Below, piece by piece: positions 1 through 13,649 of a stretch of 64,000 nt of DNA; position 1 is the first letter of the stretch; every line of letters starts with the position of its first letter. Below the pieces are notes generated by a model that was not told where the DNA came from, made no database searches, and worked only from the letters and a program-made list of their open reading frames with translations. Source of the stretch: Eledone cirrhosa (Eukaryota); assembly GCA_964016885.1 (NCBI GenBank), contig OZ024743.1, positions 22,320,001 to 22,384,000 of the forward strand, read 5' to 3'. The translations under genes were made by a program, and so were the position numbers.

Positions 1-287
1 AATTTGTATATAATAGATATTTATAAGTCTCACTATGACTGTTCTAAGCTGTGATTATGTAACAGTTATCCCAGTAACTGTGAAAGACCACCAGTGTTTC
101 AAGATGTTTAATCCATCTTCAGCAGTGTTTACTCACTCAAGGCTATAACTAGAATAAGCTATAACTTATATAATATTTGCATATAAAGCATCTGTTAGAA
201 AAGTTCATTTGCATATGATGTATGCTTGACTTAGCTGGGATTAATTAAACAGTAGCACTAACATAGCATGATTCATAATAGTGGTAA

Positions 288-420
288 TGTGTGTATATCA
301 TGACTCATACACTGTTCACTTTCCTGACATTTGTACATTATTCTATGTATTATACATGCACCTTTGGTGAGTTGCAGTGCACCTCAGCACTATACACAAT
401 AATTTTCATTACATTATTAT
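288..420 (+). mobile_element. CR1-type LINE 3' UTR fragment
   Basis: Matches the 3' UTR of the copies at 2439-2980 and 58478-59300; ends in an (ATT)n-like tail. Confidence 0.7.
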
Positions 421-849
421 ATAATTGTTTCTATGTTTGGCACAAGGCCAGCAATTATCCAGTGCATTACTGGTACTTTATTTTATCGACCCCGTAAGAA
501 TGAAAGGCAATAGTGATATATATGAAGGTGTATATATGTTTATGTATAATAAACATATATGCATTGCTATGACACTTTTAAGTAGAGATCATGTCACAGT
601 TATCTCAATAGTTGTTAGGGTTACAATAGTTGTTAGATTCTTATGAAGCTATCATTTGTTTCAATTATTGTTTTTAAAAAAGGATGCACCTTCAAATGAC
701 TAGCCATGAATTCTGAAGTCAGTCATAGGAACTGAAGCAAATGGGATGATGTACCTTCCCTAGTTTAAACATAGGACCATATAATCAGTATATGAGATTG
801 CTACATTTCAATAAGCTTCGTGTTATGGAGAAGTTTAAGATGTTAATAT

Positions 850-1060
850 TGGTTTCTTAATCTGGCACAAGGCCAGTGATTTTGGGGGAGGGGAAAGTTG
901 ATTAAATCGACCCCAGTGGTACTTTATTTTATCGAGCCCATGAGGATGAAAGGCAAAGTTAACCTCGGTGGGATTTGAACTCAAATCATAAAGGGCCGTA
1001 ACTCTTTGCTGCAAAGCATGGCATCCGACTCTCTACCGATACTGCCAATCCACCGCCCTC
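850..1060 (-). mobile_element. tRNA-derived SINE family 1 (Meta-domain-like core)
   Basis: B box GAGTTCAAATC and core GCCTTTCATCCT..GG.TCGATAAAATAAAGTACC on the minus strand; flanking duplication ttaagatgttaatattg. Confidence 0.85.
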
Positions 1061-1974
1061 TTAAGATGTTAATATTGTGTGCATGTGTGTGTCTGTGAAA
1101 TACATATACACCAGATCCGAACACAAAGGAACCAAACTCCCACTGTCACTGCCTCCGTCTCTCCCGCTCTTCTCATCTCTCACTATTATTAGCAAGTGGG
1201 AGTCCATGCACTGGCTGCCCCATGGCCCCGACAGACAGAATACAGAAGGTGTCCTATGTCTCAACTCCTTGCTATTGTACATGTTAAGAGTATCATCTTT
1301 TGTGCCTCGTGATTCAAATTAGAAAAAAAAAAAAATCAAGCAAAAGATTTTTTTCAAATATTCAAACAAACAGAAGATTGAAAATAAATATTCAGTGAAT
1401 GAGTTGTGTATGGTGTGTAAACAAAGGAATAATGTTTATTTTGGTTCAGCAATTCTTAATTTTGTAGTGCTATTCACAATGAATATTTTTAAAGAATCTT
1501 TCCCAATGAACAGTATCAGTTGATTATGATATGCTTTATTCCCCATCTTGGTAATTTACAATAGCATTATCTGATAATTCTATAGAAGAAAATAAAGTTT
1601 GTGTAATATTCATGCTCAAAGGGTATTATCCTTTCATTACCATATTTCTATGGTAGTTAAATTAATTAATGAAAAATTTGGAGGAGTTTACTAAAGTTAT
1701 TAATTATTTCATTATTTGGATGATATTTGTATTATAACTTAACAATAATTTCTTATACCAGATTATATTGGAAAATTTTAATTGAAGTTGGAAACATTTA
1801 AAATGGTTGGCTATGTTTCATAGAACCATAAGTGATTTGGAGTGGGTTAGTATCAAAAGATTTAATGGTAGATGAGAATTGGTTTCAGGAATTAAAACTA
1901 GTTTTAGGATTCAGCATAGTAAAAACATATATCTTGTTAAACATTCCTCACAGTTAATCACTTGGTTTAAAAAT

Positions 1975-2145
1975 AATTGTTTCTACATTTGGCACAAGGC
2001 CAGCAATTAACCCAGTGTATTACCCTGTAAGGATGAAAGCAAAGTTAACCTTGGCGGGATTTGAACTCAGATCATAAATGGGGCTTAACTCTATGCTGGA
2101 AAGCATGGCGTCTGACCCTCTACCAATACTGCCAATCCACCACCC
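1975..2145 (-). mobile_element. SINE family 1, internally deleted
   Basis: Same head and tail; flanking duplication cttggtttaaaaataat. Confidence 0.8.
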
Positions 2146-2438
2146 TTGGTTTAAAAATAATATTAGTGCTTTACATCTATAGAATATGTGGGATGGTTGT
2201 TTTGATTTTACAGCTAGATGCCCTAAAGTGGTTGGTGAAAAGAAGGACACCCAGCCATAGCAGGCTTGCCAAACAAAGGGTTAGGAGGATCTTCAGTTGT
2301 GTCAAAGATGAGGCAATCTCCTTAATGTTTCTGATCTACATAATAAATACACCCAGTACATGCTGTAAAATGATTGGTGATAAGTGTGACATCCAGCTGT
2401 AGAAAATGTACCAAACAAAGTATCACAAAGACCTTTCA

Positions 2439-2980
2439 ATTGCTCAGAACATTGACCGCCTGGAGACTGTTCAGAGACGTGCAACCAAGCGAGTACCCTC
2501 CATCGGGCATCTACCATACTCTGAACACCTTGCTTCCCTGGGCATGGATACATTGAAGCTCCGACGTCTGGCAACTGACTTGGTAAACACCCACAAAATT
2601 GTTAACCATCTCGCCAACAACAACCCTGAGTGCCTTTTTGATTTCCATGTGTCTAACACACGTGGACATCCCTACAAAGTCAGAAAACAGCACAGTTCCC
2701 ATGACTTTCGGAAACATTTTTTCACGCTCAGAGTTGCTGAAGCATGGAACAAACTACCTGTATCAGTTGTTAGCTGCCGAAACACTGCATCCTTTAAAAC
2801 CTCCATGCTTCCTGAGATTCGCCAACACTACACCTAATATTCCCCCTCCATACACACATGTATATCATGACTCATGCACTGTTCACTTCCCTGACATTTG
2901 TCTATTATTCTATGTACTATACATGCACCTTTGATAGTTGTAGTGCACCTGAGCACTGTACACAATAATTTCATTATCAT
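2439..2980 (+). mobile_element. 5'-truncated CR1-clade LINE (ORF2 C-terminus plus 3' UTR)
   Basis: LETVQRRATK...Y.E.L..L....LRR...TRGH..K...R..FF..RV...WN.LP is the CR1-type ORF2 C-terminus. Confidence 0.9.
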
Positions 2981-3489
2981 AAGATAGGTCAACATCTCTA
3001 ATGCTAATGTCACAGTAAAATACATTCAGTAGAGCATAGGACTATATTTAAGATAGATGTCATCCCCTGGTCTATCTGGGAGATAAGTAGACCTGTCTGA
3101 CACTTACTAACAGAGAAGACAAATATTAAATGAGGAGGACAATGATGATGATGAAGATGATGTCCTTTTCTTGCTACCAAACACCAACCATTTCAATGTG
3201 AAGAAAGAGTGAATCTTTTAATTTCTCTGTCAGTATAGGACTGGAGCATGGAAAGTTGTGTACTTTATTCAGTTATAACACAAGGGTTGTATGATTTAAA
3301 TATATGAAGACATAGTAATTCAACACTTTATATAACAACTATGTGCCAATTATCCCACACACTTATCACCGAAATAATTTCATGTTTTCACACTAGCAAT
3401 ATATAGATAATTTTTAGCCAATTCTATTGAGATAAATCTTACTTTAGCTCATCTTTTTAATGATACATGAGAATGAAATATAAACTTAC

Positions 3490-3573
3490 ATGATATACTG
3501 GTAGACATACAGAGTCAATAAAGTTCACTTGCATAGAAGGGAGTTCATCTTGTCTATCTCGGTCCATCATGCG
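3490..3573 (-). CDS. PDE11: PDE11-like exon, last found in window
   Basis: tttag|CGC...CAT|gtaagt, 84 nt, phase 0-0. Encodes [28 protein letters not shown] with the invariant substrate-binding Gln (QxxF). Confidence 0.95.
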
Positions 3574-3771
3574 CTAAAAATATGAAATATTTCTTTGTAT
3601 ATGTGAAGCATAACCATTATAATGTAATGAATGTTAAGCATAATTACCAATAATAGAGAAGTCAGAGAATTAAAGATACTTAAAGTTACTGTTAGCTGTA
3701 ATGAAAGTGATAAAGAAAATTTGTTTCCTAACATAGACACAAAGCCACAAATTTTATGAAGTAGTATAATC

Positions 3772-3950
3772 AATAATTGTTTCTACTTTTGGCACCAGGC
3801 CCGCAATTACCCAGTGCATTATTGGTACTTTATTTTATCGACCCGCCGTAAGGATGAAAGGCAAAGTTAACCTCGGCGGGATTTGAACTCAGAATGGAAA
3901 GGGCCGTAACTCTATGTGTCAAAGCATGGCATCCAACCCTCTACCAATAC
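3772..3950 (-). mobile_element. SINE family 1
   Basis: Same consensus. Further copies at about 8987-9145, 39943-40128, 48480-48680 and 49695-49883 (duplication gcaacaatttctaataat), plus many older fragments. Confidence 0.85.
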
Positions 3951-3994
3951 CCTTAAGGTTTGTCCAGTCCAGTCAAAAGTCTGTGTCCCAAAGG

Positions 3995-4245
3995 CTCATT
4001 AGGGTGATGCTTATCCCGGTTTCATGGCATGAAGTGACTGAGAGTAAAAGACTTCCTCCTAGACAGGACACTAGTCCATTGCAGGGTTAAACCCCCAGCT
4101 ATTGCTGGTACTCATTTTCAGCTGAGTGTACTGGAGCAACATGAAGTGTTTTTCTCAAGAACACAACACGCTACCCAGTCCAGGAATCGAATCCCAGACA
4201 TTATGATCGTAAGTCCAACACCCTTACCACTAGGCCACATACCTT
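3995..4245 (-). mobile_element. tRNA-headed SINE, family 2 variant
   Basis: Minus-strand head with A/B boxes, then GTGTTGTGTTCTTGAG...TTGCTCCAGT..ACTCAGCTG; similar copy at 54330-54555. Confidence 0.7.
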
Positions 4246-4581
4246 CACTTAAAGTTTGGCTTGTATTTATTTTATCAAACTCAGAAGGATGACATATAAA
4301 GTTAGCCCCAGAAGGATTTCAACTCAGAATGTAAAGTCATTTTATCTGTGGCAATACCTTTTCATTTCTTTTAACATCTTAGTCAGGGAAAGAATGGCAG
4401 AGCTTATGACTTTCTTATTTATTTTTATTTATGAAGCCTCTGATATCAATATGTGAGAGAGAAACAAACCATGACTAGTGGTTTATTCACAGAAGACCAG
4501 ATATCTGGGTTAAATACTTATAACTGAGGTAATACAGCTAGAACCATCTGTATGCCAGCTGGTCATGTTAACTCTGGAGAT

Positions 4582-4946
4582 CAGGGCTGGATTAACTACT
4601 AAGCAAAATAAGCACATGCTTATGGGATCAAGGGAAGAGGGGCTCATTATTTAACCCTTTAGCATTTATATTACTCTATATTTACTATTATATTTTCATG
4701 GTAAAGACTATCTCACATAATATTGAATCTATGAGATTTTGATATAATTTATTTTGAGAATAATACCTTAAGATCAGTATGAGCGGCTGGTTATGACCAG
4801 TTTGAACAGAAAAGGGTGAGAGAATTCTGGCCGGATATGGCCGGATTAAATGGATTGTATTTGTCATTCCAATTTTTTTTTCTTTTTTTCTTTTGCAAAC
4901 TTAATACACAGGGCACAGGACCTCAAAATAACTTAATCTGGCCCTG
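4582..4946. mobile_element. hAT-like MITE with nested piggyBac-like MITE fragment (4651-4850)
   Basis: TIRs CAGGGCTGGATTAA / TTAATCTGGCCCTG; the internal insert begins TTAA-CCCTTTAGCATTT. TSD poorly conserved. Confidence 0.6.
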
Positions 4947-5508
4947 CTGATGACAGATTAGGAATACTTACTATCTAAGATGTAGTTCAAACTATATACA
5001 TATGTAGGAATATAAGGCGTGCCTACAGTGCACAGACCAGGAAGACTACAAATCTTTGTATTACTCGATGCACAAGATGTAGAGTGGGTATAGTGAACAG
5101 GGAGAATCACAATGGCAAGCCCAATGTTCTCTAATTCAACAAATTTTAATTAATTTACATAATGTTTGCAATAAAAAAAAAAGAAAAAAAGAAGAAAAAA
5201 AGAAAAGAAAGAAAAAAGAAAAGAAAAAAAAGGAATAATAAAAGAAAGGGGTAAAGAGGAGGGTGTGGCTGATACTATGCCCTAATCTAGGTGATGCTTA
5301 GTGGACAAAATGGCGAAAACATTGCCATGTAGAACAGCCAATGACACCCACAGCATCAACCACCACATTTCTCAAGACTGCTTCTTCACGCAGGAAGCAT
5401 TCCTCTCAATTTTGCAGAGGAAAATTGTCAGTTTGGGGCCCAAAGACACTAAAAGTCACGACGATTTGGCATTTCAAAAGAGAGAAAACAAGAAATGGCA
5501 AAACTTAC

Positions 5509-5583
5509 TATTGGTGTTATATTCCATTGCTGTCTTTCAATATCACCTTGCTCAAAAAATTCACTGGCAACAAGTTTAGCAAT
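5509..5583 (-). CDS. PDE11: PDE11-like exon
   Basis: tttag|ATT...ATA|gtaagt, 75 nt, phase 0-0. Encodes IAKLVASEFFEQGDIERQQWNITPI (EFFxQGD motif). Confidence 0.95.
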
Positions 5584-5801
5584 CTAAAATAATGAAAAAA
5601 CAATATATATATATATATGTCTTGATAATTTGATATGTGGTGATAAATTTAGCATAATTGAATCCAATTTTTCACAATATAATCTCAGGATTAGCACTTT
5701 CTAGATGCAATACCTTCAAATATTTATGAAACACGTAAATTTTATTAAATAAATGCCTATCTTCTGGTAAAGCGAATGGTGTATTCATGTAATTCATTAT
5801 C

Positions 5802-5864
<63 letters not shown>

Positions 5865-8800
5865 TCCTCATTTAATGTCTATTTTCCATGCTAGCATGAG
5901 TTATATGACTTGTCCCAATTAGATAACTGTGGCTTGCTCATATAGAGGTGATTTTGGCTTGGATGGATGCCCTTCCTAATGCCAACCAGATTTACAGTGT
6001 GATGGGGTATTTTTTGCTGAGATAACTACATGACCACTTTACAATGTGGACTGAAGGCTGGGGGACTTATCTTGTGAAGGGTGAGTGTTGGGGTGTGGTG
6101 GGGTGTTAGGACATGGGTACGGTGTTAGGATAGTAGAGGTTTATGGAAGGGGGAGGTAAGAGAAGGTGGTGCATACTAGAGGTATTTTTCAACCCTTGAC
6201 TGCGGGATAACTATTACTGGATAACACCAGAGATCTTGATCCAGTATCATCACCTCAGAGAGGTGCAATTGTATGAGGTCAGCTTTTATCACCTCATCTC
6301 AAGTCTTTCTACTTCAAAGCTTCTATCAACTTTGAGTGCCCTGCACCTTTTTATGCAGCTATCATCCTTTATACACATCACATGTCCATATCACTGCAAT
6401 CTTCTCTCCTACACACTGATATAACCCATGATAGCATGGGAAAATAGACGTTTAACGATAATGATGGTATACATATATATACTTAATACAAATTTTATAT
6501 AAATTGAGTGTCTGCAGTACTAAGGCCGGGAAGACCACAAATCAAAGTAGTACTCAATGGAGGTTAGTGAAATACAGGATAAATGTACAAAGTACATGGT
6601 GTAAAGTGGTTAGTGCATCCAGCTGTAGGAAGCCTGCCAAAGGGTGGGGAGGATCCTTCAATTGTGTCAAAGACACGACAACCTTTCTAGTGCTGGTGCT
6701 TAAATAAAATGCTATTTCAACACACAATTTCACATCAAGTGTCTTGCAAACACACACACAAAAAAAAAAAAAAAAAAATGACAAAGTATGTATATATATA
6801 TATATGTATAAGTGTGTGTGTGTGTTTCTTTTTTTCTTTAATCAATTGATAAGATCCCAGACGGTACTTGTTTACCGAGTGGGGTGGAATTCATTAAACC
6901 AGACCAAGGATTCATTGTTTTCAACTGCTGATACTATCTACCGGTGGCAATGGGAAATAAAGCTCATCGACCAGATTACCTAGTCTGGGATTTGAACTCA
7001 CAACTTCATGATTATGAAACCAATTCTCTTACATTGAATCTAGCACTGTTTTTCTTCTTCCTTTTGTCCCACCCACGGATAGCAACACACACATACACAC
7101 ACACATAATGGATGTGTATAAATATGAAGTAAACTGTTTGTCCAACCAATGTAATCAACGAAAAACGAACGTAAAAGTAATGATTATCATGATGATGTTT
7201 AAATATATATATATAAATATAGTGTGTCAGACTTCTGCATAGTGAGGCCGACCTCGGAACGCGTGATTGCGAGGTAAACAGCTTAACCACTCAGCCATAT
7301 CTGCATCTAGTATATGAAGCAAAACAATAATAAAACAACAAAAAACAATAAAAGAGATGAAAGCCTTGACACAGACTCTAGACTAAAAAGAAATAGCAAC
7401 TATCAGAGCTGGTTTGGAGGTATATGAGAACGACATAGAGCTCATCGAACAAATTGTTTGGTAACGCGAGATATTTAAAGCTAGTATCTCAAAATGTTAT
7501 TTAAATCTAAAGAGTTCTCTCCCTTGGTCAACTAATATTTAAACTAACAACAGTCTGTTTTTATGTCGCTACTGCCCAGTTCTAATAGATTATTAAAGCA
7601 CTTAAGATCTCCATCATAACAAATATTATTTAAATGATGGACTTATATTAGATAGAAATACATACGTATAATCAATTATTGCTAGGAACCTTATCAATAT
7701 GATACACGAAAATAAAAAATAAAACCATCAGTTCAACACGAATTGCATCAATCGGTCGCACACCACAGGGGTCATTGGAAAGTTTTGAAGCAAGCCAACA
7801 TGCTCGCAGCATTACTGCGAGTGGTGGCGAGGCTAAGGAGCTGAAACAACCAAGCACCCTCACGAGCATCACCTGATACCTCGGTTAAGTGAGCTAATTT
7901 TTGCCAGCCTTTTTTACACTGCACCTTTATTTTAATCTTTGTATTTTTTAGGAAAGTTTGAGGAAGCCATAGCCCTTGTGGCCACTGCACTAGACACGTA
8001 ATAGTGTTAACTAATAAGGTAATAAGAGGCTCGAATAAAGCAAAGATACCAGAGGCACAAAAATTAACACTAATAATACCAACCTTAAATGTAGTTAGTA
8101 ACAAGCTAGTGGCACAGAAACATAACATCAATGATCCCATATTTAAATATAACAACTGGCTAGAGACATACGAGGTAATACCAATAATAGGCTCAAATGT
8201 AGCTAGGAGCCAGAGATGGAAAAAGTATGGTCCTGTAAATCCTTGTGGAGTCATAGGAACGCCATTGTGACATACAGCATTTCTTTGGCACTTAAAACCT
8301 GGCAGAACCTATTTCTCTCCAGGTCTGATCACAGCCTATTTCTCCAAGAGAAGGAGAAAGGGTGTAAGGGAGAGGAAGTGAGAAAGATATATAGAGAAAG
8401 AATCGACCTTAGTCTCGGACTGGTACTTTTCAGTTTTATTAATCTTGAAATGATGAAATATGAAATTAACCTTTGTGAGATTTGGACTCAGAGCAAGAGA
8501 GAGATGGAATGAATACCGCAAAGAATTTTAAAAGGTGATTCAGCATGTCACAGTCTGTTTTAAGACTGGAATTTTGAATTACAGGCACAGTCTATCCGAC
8601 AGATTTTGAAACACTTTATCCATCTACCTAATTTCACTTTCAAGGTATAGGGTTAACCTGAGGCTATGGTAAATGCCACTTGCCCAAAATTCCATGCAGT
8701 GGGATTGAACCCAGGGTCTATACAAAAAGATGGAATGGTTATAGCTGAAACACACATCTTTGACCATAGGTCTGTTTAATCAGAACTGACCCACTCTAAT

Positions 8801-9907
8801 TGGGCATTCACCTCATTTTAGACAGGCTGACAGAAACACAAGTTTATTTGAGTTGCACTCACATTGCACTTTTTCATATTTCAACAAAAATTAATATTTC
8901 TCCCCTAACTCTCCGAGACCAATTCTATTAAACTGTTCATATTTAAATCCTAATGTTGAAATGAAGTCTCATAATTATATCAAAGATAATTGTTTCTACT
9001 TTTGGCACAAGGCCAGCAATTATACCAGTGCATTACTCGTACTTTATTTTATCGACCCCATAAGGGATTTTAACTCAGACTATAAGGGGGCGTAACTCTA
9101 GGCTGCAAAGCATGGCGTCTGACCATCTACCAATACTGCCAATCCCTCGAGATAATATTACATTTTAATCAACAATCATTTATCATTTATTAAGCTCAAA
9201 GATTGTAATTTTATTATCTTTCTTTTGTATATATTATATTTGTTTGTGTTTCCGTTCTGTAAGCATCATATTATATTTGTTTATACAACTGTGTATAAAA
9301 CAGATATATAGACCCACGAAAAAAAAAATTCTTGATTATCTTAGAAAACTAAAACACAAAGCAGTTCACACTTATTAGAAATATAGCCATGAAAGAGGTA
9401 AATGAAAATAAACAGAGACATTGCTAAATCGACATATGTTACTGGGAGAGTTGTTAAAGCATTTGAAATAATTTGCTGCCTTTGATAGTTCCCTGTACTC
9501 TGAGTTCAGATCCCGTTGTCAACTTTGCTTTTATCCTTTTCAAGTCGCTAAATAAATGGCCAGTCTTGATATGGTGGACTGGCAGAATTGAAAAAAAAAT
9601 TAGATGGTTTTGTCTTTGTATCTGTTCCAATTCTGTGTTTTCTAAGTTCAAATCATAGCTACTATCACAAGAAAAAAAAACAAAGGTGACACTTGTGCCA
9701 GGAGTAATAACTAACAGAAAGTATCAGCAAAGGGAATGACCAACTGAAACACAGTTTTCTTGGTTTGATTTAATAGATCAGTATCTCAACATCATCGTCA
9801 CTGCTAGGAATGCGGAACAAACAAATTTAAAGAGCCTGTTGCTAGTTGCCATCAGAAACAATATTGTTTAACATAGGCTAAACATTTTGGTGGAGGGGAA
9901 AGTCAAT

Positions 9908-10149
9908 TATTGTTATATTTGGGGAAGGTCATGTTGTCCTAATATTGCCAGAAAAAAAAAATAGTAAACTCACTGTTTGGTTTGGTTTATGCTTCTGTAT
10001 ATTTTTATATTTCTATAAATAATTTAGCTAAATTATTTATAGAAATATAAAAATATACAGAAGCATAAACCAAACCAAACAGTGAGTGTGTTTTACTATT
10101 TTTTTCTTGCAATATTAAAACAACATGAACATCCCCAAATATAACAATA
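9908..10149. repeat. Long palindrome, fold-back family copy 1
   Basis: Perfect spacer-less 120-bp palindrome at 9968-10087 inside more diverged outer arms; termini resemble the ATTGTTAT..TTGGGGAGGGTCAT ends of 28874 and 55088. Confidence 0.9.
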
Positions 10150-11672
10150 TCTGTTGGGTTCACAATAGTTGGGTCAGAAGTTAAATTTAGAAACTGGGCA
10201 TATTTTGTGTCCTTGAGCACAACACATCATTTCATGTGGCTCCAGCCCACTCAGCTAGAAAAAAATAAGTTGTGACATCACTGGTACCAAGTTGTATCAG
10301 CCTTTGTCTTTCCTTTGAACAACATCAGTGACATGGAAAGGAAAGACTGACATAGGTAACTGCTAGAATTCCACATATCTGGATTTTCTAAGTGCAAATC
10401 CATGATCAGTTATGATCAAAGGGACCCTAGTTTACTTTTATATAGGCTGGTGCCACAACAAAATAGTACCCAGTCCACACAGTAAGGTGGTAATGTTGGA
10501 GTCATGATAAAAAGCTCCCAGTATATACATGCAGTAATTGGTGTTAAGAAGGGCATCTAGCTATAGAAACCAAGCAAAAAATAGAACAAATGAGGAACAC
10601 TTGGTCACTTGACCTGTTTAACCCAAGAACATGACAATTCATCTAATTCACGCAAGCATTGAAAATGGACATTAAATAAAAATGAAGATATGTGTAAAAG
10701 AAACTTGGCCAAATCTTTTTCTCAGCACTTCTGTAAGTAAATTATATGCTACACCATCCACCTATCTGAAGGATTGAATTATAAAATGTAAGGGAGAACA
10801 AGAGCGTGACAGGCATCTGGTCTCTAAGCTGTGTAACTGTCAAACAATATTTTCCACATGTAACATAATGTCAATATGTACTAGCTTGTCACAGTGTTCA
10901 ACAAAGCGGCTTCTACATGGTCACTCGACCTGCTACATATAGTAACCAAATGTCACTCAACTTACACCCTATCATCGCAAAGAAAGCATATATAACAGAG
11001 AATGTAGTTCCTGATATATAAAAAAGAGACTTTTGCTGGAGAAATGATCCAACAAGCCAGTCAATTTTTCACTGCAAAGATTTAATTAACTGGTATTCTA
11101 TCAACTCCTGGGGGGATGAAAAGAAAAGCCAACTTTACCATGATTTGAAACCTGAATGTATAGGTGTATAACTAATTACAGGCATGTTGCACAAAGCTTT
11201 ACTGATTCTGATATGCCATTAACCCAGGTGACAAATAAAAACTCCCACCAAAATAAACCTTCAACTTAAGCTATATATTTAAGTAAATGTAGTATTGATT
11301 TAAATCCTTTTGAGACTAATATCATCATCATCCCCATTTAATGTTTCTTTTTCATATATGTATACAAGTATAGACAGGGCAGATGAACTTGTCTAACTCA
11401 TATGTTCCATGACTATATTTCTAATAAAAATATTGTGTAAAAATAATCAAGAATTTGGAAGGATTTAGTAAAATATTTTTTGTAGAAAGTTTTAACTTAA
11501 AAATAGATTCTTAGAAACCAACAGTTTTATAGTCACAGATTGTCAGGGCTCACTTGAAACTTTCTAACCCTACCCTCACCTTTCTATACCATTTTTTACA
11601 TGACTGTTTACTAATTAGAAACAATCAAATGCTTTTTTGTAATTGCATGTTAACTGTTTAAATGAAATTCAC

Positions 11673-11736
11673 CTCTTTTTGTACTTCCCATGGCTTTGTT
11701 ATTGCTGACACATCACATGCAGTCATCATCATCGCT
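11673..11736 (-). CDS. PDE11: PDE11-like exon
   Basis: ttcag|A GCG...GAG|gtgaat, 64 nt, phase 2-0. Encodes AMMMTACDVSAITKPWEVQKE (TACD..KPW motif). Confidence 0.95.
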
Positions 11737-11954
11737 CTGAAAAAGAAAATTAATAATAATAATAACAATAATGGTTTCTTATTTAAGCACTAGAACAACA
11801 ATAACAATAATAATAACAATGATGATGAAAATGGTGGTGGTGATTATAGTGATGGTACTAATGATAATAAAGAAGTATAATTCTCGAATTAAATGTAATT
11901 ATTTATATGAATAAACAGTTATTGTGAAATAATTTGAAGTCACTATTCATTAAA

Positions 11955-12140
11955 TAATTGTTTCTACTTTAGGCACAAGGCCAGCAATTACCCAGTGCAT
12001 TACTGGTACTTTATTTTATCGACCCCGTAAGGATGAAAGGCAAAGTCAACCTCGGCGGGATTTGAACTCAGATCGTAAAGGGACGTAACTATGCTAGAAA
12101 GCATGGCGTCCGACCCTCTACCGATACTGCCAATCCACCA
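11955..12140 (-). mobile_element. SINE family 1, young full-length copy
   Basis: CpGs retained; flanking duplication cactattcattaaataat. Confidence 0.9.
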
Positions 12141-12211
12141 CTATTCATTAAATAATGATATTTAAAATACAATTAATGACTCGTAAATGCTTTTATAGCA
12201 TGATCTAGTTA

Positions 12212-12693
12212 TCTATATATATATAAAACTGAGGATGTCTTCTATGTGTGTGTGTGTGTGTTTGAATCCCTAAACCTCCAGAAGTACCAAACCAATCTTT
12301 TTCAAACTTTACATGTGTATTACTTATGTTTCAACGAGTGTTATGCACATTAAAAAAATTCAACTTTTTGATCCCCTAGGACCCGCATTAGGTGAAAAAC
12401 TTCATTTTTCAGCTTTTTAGGGCTTTTTTGAGGTGTTACGTCTAGCCGATTTTCCTGAAATTTGAAGGCATATTATGCACATAAAAAAATAAATTTTCTT
12501 GATCCCGCATTAGGTGAAAACCTGCATTTTTACTGCTTCATCGAGGTAAATTTTAAAGATTATCCAGCCATCAGAGTATTTGGTTTATTTTCTTTACATA
12601 TTGTCCAGGCATGCAGTTTTTCTACGATTAAGTCTGTTGGCGGCCCGCATTCCAAAATACCTTATCCCGTGCAACGCCGGGTACCACTGCTAG
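12212..12693 (+). mobile_element. Non-autonomous Helitron
   Basis: 5' A|TCTATATATAT, 3' hairpin CCCGTGCAACGCCGGG followed by CTAG|T, no TSD, internal (TG)n. Confidence 0.85.
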
Positions 12694-13649
12694 TTATTTA
12701 TAAAAATAACATGTTGTTACTGACATTAACAAAAGAATATTTACTCTCATTCTCCTCAAATAGAAAAAGAGATGGGGTATCTTTTTCCCAAGATAAATGT
12801 TTTAGTGTGGTAAAAACAGTAAAGTGTCATTCTTAAAACCTCTGCAATGTATAATTACATTAAAGGTACACGTGTCTGTTGAATACTCCACCATTTATAC
12901 ATTAATTTCATGAGAAGACTGCAGCATTAATTGAACAACTGAAACACTCATCTTTGAAAATGACAGAGATCCATTCCATACATTTTTAGTTCAATTTCTG
13001 GTAAGGTGCCTATGGCCATAGCTAATCAGTTTACTATGGAAGCACAGTTAGCAAGCATGAATAAGTAAGTCTATAATCAACATGGATCAGCTGGTAATGG
13101 CATGCTACAGTTTCATTCATCAGTGCATTGGGAAAAGAATAATAGTTGTTAATTGTATATATTGAGAAGATTTCCTGTTTTTTTATTTTACTTTTCATTT
13201 GTTTTATTTTCTCTAACAGCAGTAGTAATCAGTGTATAAAGAAATAAATTATATTTTCAGATGTAGGATAATATAATTCTCATTAGAAAATGTTAAAAAA
13301 AGTCACACCAGATAAGGATTATTTGATATTCTGAGTTGGCCCTCTTATAAGGAATTGTTAAGGTTTTATTAAAACAAAGGAATCTTCTAAATGACTGCCA
13401 CAAGTAATTAAGTTTGAACAAAAGTATAACCATGCCAGCAAATATATATTCATGAAGGTTAAAAAGTCCTGATGCATGGAGAACAGTTAGCCTTTATATT
13501 ACATAATTAAATAATCAAATTTGACTGTGTCCATCATGACATTTCATGGGGCCTAAAAGTGCTTAATATAGCCCATCTTCTTTGCAAAAATCCAGTCCCT
13601 CACTACATTTAGCCTGACAGCAAAAGCAGTTACTAGGGTATGGCTGAAA

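Noticed and set aside
131-200. Exon-like segment as the next downstream PDE exon
   Set aside because: In-frame stop in phase 0 and no PDE C-terminal motif.
5301-5592. Plus-strand ORFs of 83-92 aa
   Set aside because: Antisense overlap with the real PDE exon at 5509-5583; no protein motifs.
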